Below, piece by piece: positions 13,782 to 27,271 of a stretch of 64,000 nucleotides of DNA. The translations under genes were made by a program, and so were the position numbers. How positions within the stretch are numbered: the first letter of the stretch is position 1; the number at the start of each line of letters is the position of its first letter. A model generated the notes under the pieces. It had not been told where the DNA came from. It saw nothing but the letters and a program-made list of their open reading frames with translations, and searched no databases. The stretch is from assembly GCF_009914755.1 (NCBI RefSeq), contig NC_060932.1. One strand, given 5' to 3'. Source of the DNA: the human T2T-CHM13v2.0 reference genome, Homo sapiens.

Positions 13782-15025
13782 GTTCTGGCAACATGGGATG
13801 GGATCCAAAGTGGCCCCTGATTTCTTTCTTGGCACTGCCTTGAAAAATTCCTAAGTTCAATTGCATCCTGGTTACACTGGGCAAGAACTGGGTAAGTGCT
13901 ATTGAATCTGAGAGTTCAGGCTTTTAGATTGAAATCTAGGGAAATGTTTTCTTTAAGAAAGTTCTGCCCATTCATCTGTGGCCTAGACCTACCTGCAGTC
14001 CAGCAGGGATGCCTGCACTAACGTTGCACTGGGAAGGCCACCTTCTTTAGGTGAGTACTGTGCGTAACTTACCCAGTAAGGAAATGGTTTTGGACCAACT
14101 GCTGTCAGAGACTCTGGAGGTTTACATGTTTAAAAACTATAGGAAAAATTCTTGTTAATATTTGGTATCCTGGATAAAAATAAGTCGGTATGACTTAAAG
14201 CTTTCTTGGTCACAATGGGGAACTTTTAACATGCCTCAATCAGTTTATCTACATGTGCAATAAAGAACAGAAGATTCCAAACCTCTCAAAAGCAGTGTGA
14301 GGTCTTTTTCAGTTGCTAAAATGAAAGCTCAAAGTGAAATCAAGGATCCCTAGTTGCCTCTTTAAAAGAGACTAAATCAAAACTTAATCAAGATCTTAAA
14401 AAATTTGAAAATTCTTCTAAATCGGACCCTAAATCCAAAACTAAAAAGGACACTGTGCCTTCTTGCCTTTCTCCTTGAACTCCACCAATGCCACCCCCAT
14501 ATGCATTAGCCCCATGCTGCCAGTCACTTCTCTCTGAGCTGCCTTTCTTTCCTTCACCTTCTATTCATGAGCAACCCCCTCCAGTTGCTAATTCTGCAAC
14601 CCCTCTGATCACACCTTTTAAAGGGATTGCTAACTAGGCTTGCAAATTACCTTTTACTGTCCTGGGACAAAGTCTCAGCTTTCTTCTAGCGTTAGTCAAA
14701 GAGTTTTCTAATCCTAAAATAGACTCACTTGAGTTTGAATGCCGCTTTAGTTTGATTATAAATGTTTACCAGCCAGGACCTCCTGATGTTCACTAGTTGA
14801 TTCAAGTCTTAGTGGAAAATGTCTTAACCCAAGGATGGATGTGTTTAGCTGACTGGACTAAGCCCCAAGATGATTTTCAGCATACTAAGGAAATAGCCTT
14901 TGAAGTGGTGAGAAAAACAATTGTTGAATTGATTAAAGCCATCTCAGCACTCTTTCCTTGACAAACTAATTGGAATGCCATTGACTCAGAAAAAAGACAA
15001 ATCTGTCATTGATTCCTTTGACTGA

Positions 15026-15361
<336 letters not shown>

Positions 15362-16249
15362 GATTCAAAAGGCTTTCTACAAAATTCTGGTATCAAAGAT
15401 CTAACTGATGATATTATAAATCTTTTTTAACTCACTTTCCCTCAAGTAAGTTAAAGCCCTTAGCACCCTGCTTAAGCAATATGATCCCAATTGGCCTTCT
15501 AAGAGACCCTATGATATAGCTTCTTTGGCCAATCGCTTCTCTAAAATCCTAGAAAAGAAAAAAGAGGCTAAAGCCACCAAGGCACTAGAATGGCAAGAAA
15601 GACAGATAAACTCATGGCCTTGCATATTCAACAACTCATAAAGTCTCTCCCAGATCAGCAAACTCCATTTAATAGTTAGAAATTAGTTTCGTCAGTTGCA
15701 AGAGGTATAATTTGCTTTTTCTGGCATTTGAAATGAGACTGTAAAAAATATAAATGAGGGCTTCAGAAGGACACCAATAAGGTAAAGAAACCCCCTTCTG
15801 CAGAAACAATAAGAGAAATACTTATTGATCAGAACTAGGGGTACTTCAGGGAAACATGGGGGATTTTTCCTCTCCTTTCAGTCAGTTGATTGGGAGAGGT
15901 TTATCTTAAAAATTAACAACAGAATAGTCCAAGCCCTAATAGATACTGCATCTGTGCTTAACCTTGACTCCTTTTAAAATCCAACCACCCAGAGTGACCA
16001 AGCTATTCAAATGGCTGAGTCACTAACCAATCTAAGACTATCTTCAAGTCTGAACTAGTTTCTTACCAACTAGGGCCTCTTACTGGCATTGCAGCTTTTC
16101 ACTTCTCCATTTTGCCACAATACACCTAATAGGAAGGGACTTTCTTGAAAAACACCAAGCTTGTTTTTCTTTTACATTGTTTTAAAAGTTTCCTTGCCTG
16201 AGGCTTCAGCCTCTGACCTCAGCCATGTATTCCCCTTATTAGTCTCCAG

Positions 16250-19200
16250 TCATCCAGTTGATCCTGGACATCCAACTCTAAAGTAACTGTTTGAAACCCT
16301 TTGGGAATAAATCAATACGAATGTCAGCCCGATCCAGTCAGCACCACCCATTTCTACACAAATAGATCCTAACAAACCTCTACTGAACATAAAATAATAT
16401 CCCCTCCACCATGAGGCTTTAGCTGGTATACAACCTATTGTCAGTAATTTCATTTTCAAGGGACTTATTAGTCCATTTATACCAGTCCCTGTAACATACC
16501 CCTTCTACCTGTTTCTAAGCTAATAGAAAGGGATGGAGACTTGCCCAGGATCTTAGAGCTATTCATAACATTTTATTCCCTTGCATCCTGTTGTGCCTGT
16601 TCCACATACCCTCTTATCCAATATACATTCTAACATCCAATATTTTTCCGCTGTTGATCACTATAGTACTTTTTTCACCAACCCGGTTGACCTCAAGAGT
16701 CCATTTCTTTTTGCCTTCACATGGAAGGGCCATCAGTTCACCTGAACAGTGCACCCTGAAGGATGCACTGAAAGCCCTATCTACTTTTCCCAGATCTTGC
16801 AGGCTGACTTAAAAGACATAACCTTCTCGATACGAACAGACATTTCTCAAAAGAAGACATTTATGCGGCCACCAAACATATGAAAAAAAGCTCATCATCA
16901 CTGGTCATTAGAGAAATGCAAATCAAAACCACATTAAGATACCATCTCACACCAGTTAGAATGGTGATCATTAGAAAGTCAGGAAACAACAGATGCTGGA
17001 GAGGATGTGGAGAAATAGGAATGCTTTTACACTGTTGGTGGGAGTGTAAATTAGTTCAACCATTGTGGAAGACAGTGTGGCGATTCCTCAAGGATCTAGA
17101 ACTAGAAATACCATTTGACCCAGAGATCCCATTACTAGGTATATACCCAAAGGATTATAAATTATTCTACTATAAAGCCACATGCATATGTATGTTTATT
17201 GCAGCATTGTTCACAATAGCAAAGACTTGGAACCAACCCAAATGCCCACCAGTAGATAGACTGGATAGACTGGATAAAGAAAATGTGGCATATATACCCC
17301 ATGGAATACTAAACAGCCATAAAAAAAGGAGGAGTTCATGTCCTTTGCAGGGAAATGGATGAAGCTGGAAACCATCATTCTCAGCAAACTAACACAGGAA
17401 CAGAAAACCAAACACTGCATGTTCTCACTCATAAGTGGGAGTTGAACAATGAGAACACATGGACACAGGGAGGGGAATATTACACACCAGGGCCTGTTGG
17501 GGAGATGGGGGACTAGGGTAGGGATAGCATTAGGAGAAATACCTAATGTAGATGATGGGTTGATGGGTGCAGCAAACCACCATGGCATATGTATACCTAT
17601 GTAACAAACCTGCATGTTCTGTAAATGTATCCCAGAACTTAAAGTATAATTTTTTTAAAAAAGACATAACCTTCTCACATAGCTCAACTCTACTGCAATA
17701 CATTGGTGATTTGCTTTTATGTTCTCCCTTATGAAATACCTGTCTCACTGACACTCTCCATTTACTTCACCAGCTATGTCTTAAGGGCCATAAAGATTCT
17801 AAAGATAAACTACAGTGTTGCTGACAATTAAACCTCTTGGACATCTGCTGACCCCTTGGGACTCAACATCAACCCTTTCTGCCTTCAAGGCATATTTTTC
17901 TTCCCCATTCCCACTATGAAAAGACAAAACTTAGGGCCTTTCTAGGACTCATGGACTATTGCAGAGCTTAGAACACTAATTTTTCTTTACTAGCACAACC
18001 TTTATATACCCTGATTAAGGCCTCTTCTCCTGACCTCCTTACCTGGACTACCGATGGTGAACAGGACTTTAAGTCTCTGAAAGATAAGCTGTCCTTTGCC
18101 CAATACACCCCTCAATTTGGGACACTATTTATGACCTCCCTTTTTCCCCTTTTTGTTCATGAGCAAGAGGGAGTTTGAACTGAACCACATGGGGGTAATA
18201 ATTTACCCAATTGGTTACTAGATTGCCAAACTGGATTGTGTCTATCCGGGGATACCACCATGTTTAAAGGCAGTTGCCACAATCACTGTCCTTATAAAAG
18301 CCACCGAGAAAATAGTAATGGGATTTCCTCTCACTGTTTATGCTCCTCACTCAGTTAAAGCCCTTCTCACTTCTCGCCAAATCCAGTATCTTTCAGCCAG
18401 TCGATTGACTGCCTATGAAATACTTCTCTTTCCCAACCTATTTTCCATTGTAATCTCCTTAACTCTGCCCCTCTTTTGTCTTCACCAGAAGATTCTCTAT
18501 GACTGCATTACCTTTACACTCTTCTTTCACCCCATATGAATTTAAAGGAAATGCCCTTACCCAATCCTGATTTTGTCTGGTAGATTGATGGGCCTTCTTT
18601 CAGAGACCCTACTGGCTTCTATTAAGCTAGGTTTGCAGTTGTTTCCCTGACAGAAACTATTGAATCAGGCCTTCTGCCCAACAGGCAGAATTCCATGCTC
18701 TTACCCGAGTTTGCCTGTTGGCCAAAGATAAAACTGCAAACATTTACACAGATAGCAGATACGCTTTTTGGGTTGCTCATGACTTTGGAATTCTCCGGAA
18801 ACAGAGGATTTCTAACCTCTTCTGGACTGCTCATCAGAAACAGAGACCACATTTTGTCATTTCTTGATGCCATTCAAGTTCCTAGGACTCTGGCCATGAT
18901 TAAAATTCAAGGCAATTCCTTTAGACATACCGAAAATAGCAAAGACAAACATCTAGCTGAGAGTGCAGCTAAGTCTGCAGCCTTAAACAATACCCCCCTT
19001 CTGTTATGCCTGTCTTAATCCAGGCTCCATCCTTACATCCTGTTTCTTCTAAAAATCTCTTGAAACAACATCTCAAAAAAGGTGCTCAGAACTTGAAAAG
19101 GAAAATTAGACAAAACAAGGCTGTACCTATAATCCCAGATCCCAACTATGGGCTAAACCTAACAGACATTCAGTCCTTCTAGAAAATTTACCAAGGGTCA

Positions 19201-20250
19201 CTTTTACTTTTATATATAACCCCACCATTAGAGTTCTGACCAAAGGATCCAATGGTGTAAACAGTGCTGTTGGGGATTGCTTCTTAAGCTAATATATTAG
19301 GCAAAATTCACCCTTATACAATGCAGGGAAGTCCTTAAGGGCTACCCTAGGCAAAGTCCCAATGCGAAAAGGGCCTTTCTAAAACTGGACTACTGATTTT
19401 ATCCAATTTTCCCTTTCTCAGTGATACAAATATGTTCTTGTCATGATAGATATGTAGTTTTACTGGGGGAAAGCTTTCCCCTGAAGACAAGCCACAGTGA
19501 TGCCAGTAGCCAAAGTACTTCATGAGAAAATTATCTCTACCTATGGAGTTTCCACCAAGTTCCACAGTGATCAGGGAACTCATTTTACTGGACAAGTATT
19601 AAAATGAGTTGCTAATGTTTGGCCTATTCTAAGACATTTCAGCGGTGTTTACCACACCGAATCTTTTGGGCTTGTGGAATGAACCAAGAGAATATTCAAC
19701 TCAATTGGCTAAAATTACAAGCAGCTTCAATCTGCCCTGGCCCAAAGCTCTTCCTCTGGGTTTGGTAATTGTGAAGTCCATCCCCACCAGAATTGCTTTT
19801 CCCCTTTTGAGGTGGTCACAGGTCAATCCATATATTTAACCGAAGAAATATTTTCCCCTGCTTAGATACAAGGCGATCTCCTGACCTACTGCCAAGTCCT
19901 GGAGGACTTGTTAATGCTCTAAAGACTAACAGCTGGTTGTGAATCCCTTTACAGTCATCAATCAGGAGATGAACCCCAATATCATAATGTCCAGCCTAAA
20001 GACTTTATATATTAGAAGAGATATTGCTGAATGACTCCCTCCAATCCCACTAGAAAGGTCCATTTCAAGTACGCTTAATTAACCCATTTGCTGCTAAGGT
20101 ACAGGTCATTACTCCTAGGTACACATATCTTACCTAAAAACAACACCAGACTCTGCTGAGAACTGGACTTCAGCATCAATATCTGACACTAAGCTCAGGT
20201 TGACTAAAGCCTCAATGCCAAGACAAGAAAAGGATGACAACTGAGGTAGA
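16250..20250 (+). pseudogene. ERV pol remnant (RT, RNase H, integrase), multiply disrupted
   Basis: SPCNIPLLPV and GWRLAQDLRAI (~16484-16563), LLQYIGDLLL (degenerate YxDD, ~17691-17720), FHSDQGTHFTG (~19560-19592), KGPFQV (~20054-20071). Confidence 0.88.
16829..17658 (+). mobile_element. 5'-truncated L1PA (PA7/8-like) inserted in ERV RT
   Basis: ORF2 C-terminus (ORF 16880..17362) plus 3'UTR; 18-bp TSD AAAAGACATAACCTTCTC (16811-16828 and 17659-17676) at a TT/AAAA site. Confidence 0.95.
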
Positions 20251-21745
20251 CTGCCCTCTCACAAAACTCCAAGCCTATATGGTCTGGATGAATCAATGTT
20301 TATATTTACCTTATAATAGTCATTGTTCATATCACTTCAGGAGTTTTCACGATTGTTACTATCCAATGTAAAATAGAACACTTATCTTTGCCTTACTTAT
20401 TCTAAACTAACATGCCGAGCCTTTATGATTCCTTTATAACTGTTTCCATTATTATAACATTAGCAATCTTGTCTATCCTGGATATCTTATGCCATCCATG
20501 CTGGGATAGTTCTGTGTATTCCAATACTTAGACACCCATAAGCCTTTGCAAAACTATAAGACTTTTTGTCTGGCTAAACTCTTTGTTCCAGAGCTTTGTG
20601 AATGGTTGTGTTGATTAGTCCAGTTCAAAATAAATTTTACTCTATTCTTTATAACTGTCCCTTTGTCTCACTGCATAGAGTGACATGATAACACTTTGGC
20701 TAAGCTGTCCTGAAGTGTTGTTACAAATAGAAACCTATCAGATGGTTAGATTCACCAATAACTTCCCACATTCATTCATGGTAAACATGTGACATTGACA
20801 ATACTTGTCACTGACTTCTCATGTATCCTTAACATCACCACTTATCTGGATCAACTGCTTTCCCTGTTGTCTCTGAGTCCAATTGCCTCAAGACTCAAAT
20901 ATTACCACCTCTTGGTTTAATTTGTCCCATGTTATTGATGTTAGAAACCCATTCTATACCAGTGGACCTCCTCGATCTTTAAACTAATGGATAGATAAAT
21001 ATAGTCTAAACTGAGTAAAGAAAGGTATGTCCCTACTATTCAAATGATTCATGATTCAATTCAATACTGTCAACATGAATAAATTCATTAGTGAACACAC
21101 CCTTAAGGGCATCGCTTGTGCCTTCACCAGGCTTTGTGTTTATATGGGACATAGGGTCTGATCTGCCTGGATAGGGATGGTCACACCATTGCCTCAACAG
21201 CTTACACATAAAAGGTTCAGGCTTGCTTATGAAAAGACCCCCGTTCTGTCTTTATTATAAAACTAAAAGGTCTATGCTAACAGGATGTAAAGATAATATA
21301 GGTAAAAACATCCTAGAACTATTACTTCTAAGTGCTTGGGTTTATGTTACTGGAGATATAATTCAAAAACCTATCCACTACCATTGGTTAGATAGCTGAT
21401 GACACTGCAGAAAGCCTTACAGCGCAACAAAAAGTTTCTGGACTCCCTTGGTCAAGTAATACTAAATAATAGAATTGCCTTAAATTGTCTCCTAGCCAAA
21501 CAGAGAAGAGTCTATGCAGTAGCCCATGTAACTGCTTACACTTACATCAACACCTCAGATAAGGTAGAGGTTCCCATAAAAAGAATTTCCAAACAAGCTA
21601 AATCGTTATGAGATATGCAAACTACTGATCCTCTCCATCTATTTAGTAGGCTTCCTGTCAGACTGGAAAATTCTTTTTGAGCTGACATTCAAGTGCTTGT
21701 TGTAATCACAGTCTTCATCATAGTTTCTTCCTAATAGTTAAATTA
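20250..21745 (+). pseudogene. ERV env remnant
   Basis: Furin-like KTKR at 21259-21270; immunosuppressive-domain-like LNNRIALNCLLAKQRRV at 21462-21512 followed by TYINTS; hydrophobic segment near 21690-21730. Confidence 0.82.
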
Positions 21746-21749
21746 CTTG

Positions 21750-21764
21750 ATATATATATATGTC

Positions 21765-21795
<31 letters not shown>

Positions 21796-21876
21796 GTCTG
21801 TGTGTGTATATATATATATATATGTCTGTGTGTGTATATATATATATATATATGTCTGTGTGTATATATATATATG
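21750..21876. repeat. Compound minisatellite, about 4 units of (TA)nTGTC(TG)n
   Basis: Directly visible. Confidence 0.93.
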
Positions 21877-22426
21877 CAACTGCTGTAAGTCTACTGTTAA
21901 AACCAGAATTATGGCAGCATAAGGTGTTCAACTGATAGATAAAGTAAACCTATAAACCTAGCTACAGTCTCATCCCTACAGTGCCGTTCTGGTGCAGGAA
22001 TGTGTATATGTACGAAGACAGCTGTGCTAGTTAAAAACAAGTGTTACAATCTCCCATAAATAGAGAGTTTTAACTGTAACCCTAATGCCTATGACTTCCC
22101 TGTGTAACTGGAGTCTGTTAAGTATTTCACTGAAAGGTACCAGCCACAAGCTTGTTTACTTAGCCTCTGTAAAACATTTTAATAATCTTCCTGCCAGATT
22201 GCAGTTTTCTCCCACCTCCAACAAAATATTTTTGACCTGTCTACCCTTTTCCCCTGCCTGGCCTAAGTTATACAATTAGCTGTAAGTCTCTCTGCCACAT
22301 GGGTCCCTTCAAGGGACTTGATACACTCAGGACAGGTAGCCATGCCACCCTGGCACTAATATGGGACATGGTGTAAATTGGTCATCAAGGCTGCCTACAG
22401 CAGGTTTCAACTAACAGGGAAAACAA

Positions 22427-23141
22427 TGAATATATATTCCAACAGACAGGCAAAATGGACTCCCTGTGGCTAAAATGAGATTTAGCAAAAAACAGAATCT
22501 CATCACTAGCAGGATGGAGTATCAGTCACATATCCCAGTGTTATTAATTGCCATAAGTTTTCTCTCCAGTAACTAAGCAGAAATAAATCCCTGAAAAGCA
22601 TTTCTGAAACAACTACAGCTGGAAAATTTCCCAACTGACCCTGACAGGCTGCTAATGCTAGTCAACACCCCCAACGCCCCCGACGCCTGTGCCTTGCAGT
22701 CCTGCCATAACTCCAACTGGACAGAGGACTGGTCCTTTATTGATAAACAGCCACAAATCTCAAGCCAGTTTTAAGCAGTTTACAGAGACTATGCACAGAT
22801 TATCTTTGTGTCCGATTGGTTCTTTTTGATATAAAAAGCCAAATTCTGCCTTATTTTAATGCTAAAACCCTACCCTAAAGTGAACACTGAATGCATGTTA
22901 CATATATTTTCACCCACTGTGCAGGCACTTGACTGCTTAATATGCAGGTAATTTCCCCCAACCCTGCTTAATATGCAGGTAAGGCTGACTCTGTAAGATA
23001 TGTGTCAATTCCCCCTTCCTTCTGCAGAACAAGCACTTTTGATTTTCCCAGAAAGGGCATTTCCCAAGCTGTGGATTTCTTCTCCCTCTAAAGTAAAGTA
23101 TCCTTTCTTTCCTCTGTGGACCTCACAGTCTTTTGTTCATA
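22427..23141 (+). mobile_element. 3' LTR (MER39-like)
   Basis: Starts TG after the purine tract agggaaaacaa; homologous to 13152-13781. Confidence 0.85.
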
Positions 23142-23574
23142 GATCATAGATGAGACTTTAGCCCACACATCAGTGGATAGGAGATGTTTTAAGATGGCAT
23201 AAGGTATACAAGAAACAAACTGCCAAACTACCTAGGGATGAGCCCAGCTATTTGGTTTGGTTTTGTGTGATGAGCAAGGAGAAAGGGTAAAGTGGTTGCT
23301 ACAGACACTGGTTATCTGATCATGTGGCCATGAAACAAGAGCAGCTATGGCAGGTGGATAATGAACACCTTAGACCCTGGGGAGTCAAGAGTAGAAGGAG
23401 AAAAAATTAAACTCTCAGCTCTCATCTGTGGGACATTTGGGCTGGCCCTATCAACTCACAATGCTTTGGTGATCATCTTGTTCCAGGCTATCACAACTGC
23501 TCTTAACCTAAGTACTGGGTGCCCCTCTTAAGGAAACTTTTCTTAAGAAAACCTTAACCTGAGACCTTTCTCTC

Positions 23575-23790
23575 TTTTTTTTAAAGGATCTTATTTTTTA
23601 TTTCTATAGATTTAGGGGGTACAAGTGCAGTTTTGGTCACGTCTGGGCTTTTAGTGTACCCATCACCCAAATAGAGTACTTGTACCCAAAAGGTGTTTTC
23701 TTGTCCCTTACGCTCCTCCCACCCTCCCACCTTTCTAAGTCTCCAGTGCCTACTGTTCCACTCTCCATGTCCCTCTGTACATGATTTGTT
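23575..23790 (-). mobile_element. L1 3' end fragment (L1PB/L1MA-like)
   Basis: gggggtacaagtgcagtttt and tctgggcttttagtgtacccatcacccaaat. Confidence 0.7.
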
Positions 23791-24316
23791 GATGTTACAG
23801 GTAGGCAGCCACTACCCAAGATAAAGTTCTGCACACTAATATAGTTTCCTTTAGCCACATCTTGTTATATATGGATGTCTCCATTACTGTCAAGGAAAAG
23901 AAAGACTCTTATGTATTTTGCTCAAGCCTATAGCCACCCCTCTGAATTATATGGCTTGCTGGACCTGTCAACTCAGTAATCCTCCTGGCAAAAACCAGTA
24001 GCTATTACTATGAACACTTCAGAAATAGATTTCCTCCCACAGGAAATAATAACTTGCTCCCACTACAAAATGATGCTGAGGAAAAAGAATCAGACATAAA
24101 TAAATGGAGGTGTATACCTCAAATATATCTAAAGATTCGATGCAATATCTTTCAGGAGATGAGTCTACTTTATTTTTGGTACCAATTGAAAAAAAGTCAG
24201 AAATTTACAATAAAATTCAAAGGGCCCAAAATACCCAAGATAACTATGAACCAGAAAAACAGTGTGAGGAATATACAATACAATATCTCAGAAGTTAATA
24301 AGAAATGTGTATTTAT

Positions 24317-24596
24317 CCTGTGTCCAAGTGTTCTCATTGTTCAATTCCCACCTATGAGTGAGAACATGCGGTGTTTGGTTTTCTGTCCTTGCGATAGTTT
24401 GCTTAGAATAATGGTGAACATCACACACCAGGGCCTGTTGTGGGGTTGGCGGAGAGGGGAGGGATAGCATTAGGAGATATACCTAATGTAAATGACGAGT
24501 TAATGGATGCAGCACACCAACATGGCACATGTATACATATGTAACAAACCTGCACGTTGTGCACATGTACCCTAGAACTTAAAGTATAATAAAAAA
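24317..24596 (+). mobile_element. Short L1PA (PA4/5-like) 3'UTR insertion with 5' inversion
   Basis: Antisense 24317-24415, sense 24416-24596 ending in polyA; 17-bp TSD AAGAAATGTGTATTTAT. Confidence 0.92.
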
Positions 24597-25471
24597 AAGA
24601 AATGTGTATTTATTAAGATAGTGTACTATTGGTACAAGAGGAGCAAAAGCAGAAACATGCACAAATGTTCACTTGATTGATGATCAAGGTTATGATTCAG
24701 TGTAATAAAGAAAGGACAGTCTTCAAATAAATTGTGAATGTTTAATTTTATATCTTTATGTGTATATGTGTGTGTATACACACACACACATAAACTACAA
24801 ACTGATTGCAGATCTAAATGAAAATGATAAAAAGTATGCCAAATATCTTGAGAAAAACAGAGCAACACACATTAAGTCCTATGTGTTATCTGTAAGTATT
24901 TGCTGCATGGCAAATACTTAGAGGCTTAAAACGATGGGTCATTTATTATTTTATGTTTTCTTTGGGTCAGGAATGAAGGTGTGGCTTAGATGGCCAATTA
25001 TGGCTTAAGATCTCCCACACAGTATTGTTAAGATGAAGCTCTCCTGGTTCTGAGTGCTGTTTAATTCATGAATCATACTGCACTTCAATAAACAGCTATA
25101 TTTCTCTAAAGTTTTTCTTTTCACAAATGGAAGATATCTTTAAAAAAAGAACCAAATGGAAATTTCAAAGATGTCAAATATTGCAATGAAAAATTCACTG
25201 GATCTCTTAATAAAAGGAAATATTAGTGGTCTTGAAATACAATAGTCAAATATATCCATATGAAAGCATGGAGTGAAAACTGAAGGAAAAAAAAAGAGCT
25301 TCCATGAAAGAAAGCAAAACTTTTACCACTCAAACAAAAACATATTATGAAGCTGAAATAATGCAGTTTTCAATGGAAACACGTTAATGTTTCAAGTAGT
25401 GAAATTGTTTACATAAAAATTATATTGAAGAAAATGTAAGAATATGAAAGACATTTAACATATATTAATCA

Positions 25472-25885
<414 letters not shown>

Positions 25886-27087
25886 TTATAGGGTTAGTCA
25901 AACTATGAAGATACAATCAATTTTACTAGCAATTAAGGCAAGTCTAATTGAAACCACAAAGAGATAATATTTTATACAAATACACTGGCAAAAATGACGG
26001 AGTCTGGCAATACCATGTGCTAAATCGGGTATAAAATAAACAACCTGTTATACAGTAAACAGTCATTGGATGTGTTAATTAGCACATTTATTTTTGAAAT
26101 AAATTTCCCATTGCTAAGGCATGATCCACCCACTTGATAACCCAGAAATTCTACATCTAAGTATGTAGCCAGAAGACTCTTATGTACATCAAGAGTTAAG
26201 TACAAGACATAATAAAACTCTTCAGAATGGGAGGGGGGAAAAACCTACAAACACTCCAACTGCTCATAAATAGAAAAAAATCAGTAATTGTATATTTCCA
26301 TACATAATGGATTATTACACAAAAAGTGAATAAATGAGCTACGTCACACAAAATTACATGGATATTTTTAGTAACGTAGGGGATGAAGAAAACAGTCCCA
26401 GAAGATTGTGCGATATTTTTTAAATGGTCTAAAATTCAAAGCTGATAAAAACTATGGTCAAATTATAAAATGATACTGTTAAATTAAAAATATGGATAGA
26501 ATTTGCTTTTTGGACAGAGAAAAGGGTGAAAAATTAGGAATAATTGGGCCATGGATGTATCATTATTGCATCATGTATATTATCATAAATGACAATGAAC
26601 CAAAGACTATAATTAGTCTAATTCTTTGGAAGCAAGTTAACATAAATGAAGTTGCTACAGATGCAAGGACTAAAATTAGGAGGTAAGAAAATAAATGAAA
26701 ACACACATTTAATAACTTAGCCAACCAATGTAGCCACTTTGGTGGAATTTAAGGGATGATTAGATGATAATGATATTATTGATGCTACTGATGTGTATGG
26801 TACTAAAAGTGATATTGCTACTAATGTTTCTAAAATGATAAAAATCTGTTTTTTAAATTGATGTCACACTTACCCAGGGTTTAGACTCTAAACGTTTCAA
26901 ATTTAGGATGAGTCAGTTATTGCATGCCCCATATCTCCCTATCTTATATTTGACAAAATAGTAAATATATTTTTTCAAATTTCCCCCTTATACATATCAT
27001 ATCTATATCTATAGATGCCATAAAAAAAAAACACAAAACATAATGAAAGAACAAATCTCTGGATAACCTGTAAGCTTTGCCACTAAC

Positions 27088-27271
27088 CTCTTTATAGCCA
27101 CAATCACACTGCTCTGTAGGTTCCAAAATTCCATTGCCACAAGTTGAAGATTTTCGGTAAGTCATTTTTGAAACTGTTTTATCCTGAAAACATTTAAGTT
27201 CAGGCTGCAGAACTATCCGTTTAAATCCATCCATGCTGCAACTGCTAAAAAACTTCATACCATGGGATCAT
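27088..27271 (-). pseudogene. ADAM3A: Exon 12 (184 nt) *SHGMKFFSSCS...CGNGILEPTEQCDCGYKE, with in-frame TGA
   Basis: Disintegrin start CGNG...EQCDCG; TGA at 27270-27268 in the frame set by exon 11; donor GTTAGT. Confidence 0.92.

Noticed and set aside
13148-13785. 5' LTR as an independent solo LTR with TSD GTTC
   Set aside because: A PBS and gag-pol-env follow directly, and the host MaLR sequence resumes only after the second LTR.
21750-21876. CRISPR-like repeat-spacer array (also considered 37885-38228 and 46950-47010)
   Set aside because: Simple-sequence units without unique spacers, in a mammalian context with no cas genes.
23160-24050. Possible ERVL internal fragments or an extra exon after the 3' LTR
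   Set aside because: I could not recognise a family with confidence, and the ADAM exon chain needs no exon here.
27088-27258. Re-initiation at MKFFSS giving a mature-like ADAM3
   Set aside because: No signal peptide, far downstream of earlier stops, and nothing in the sequence supports internal initiation.
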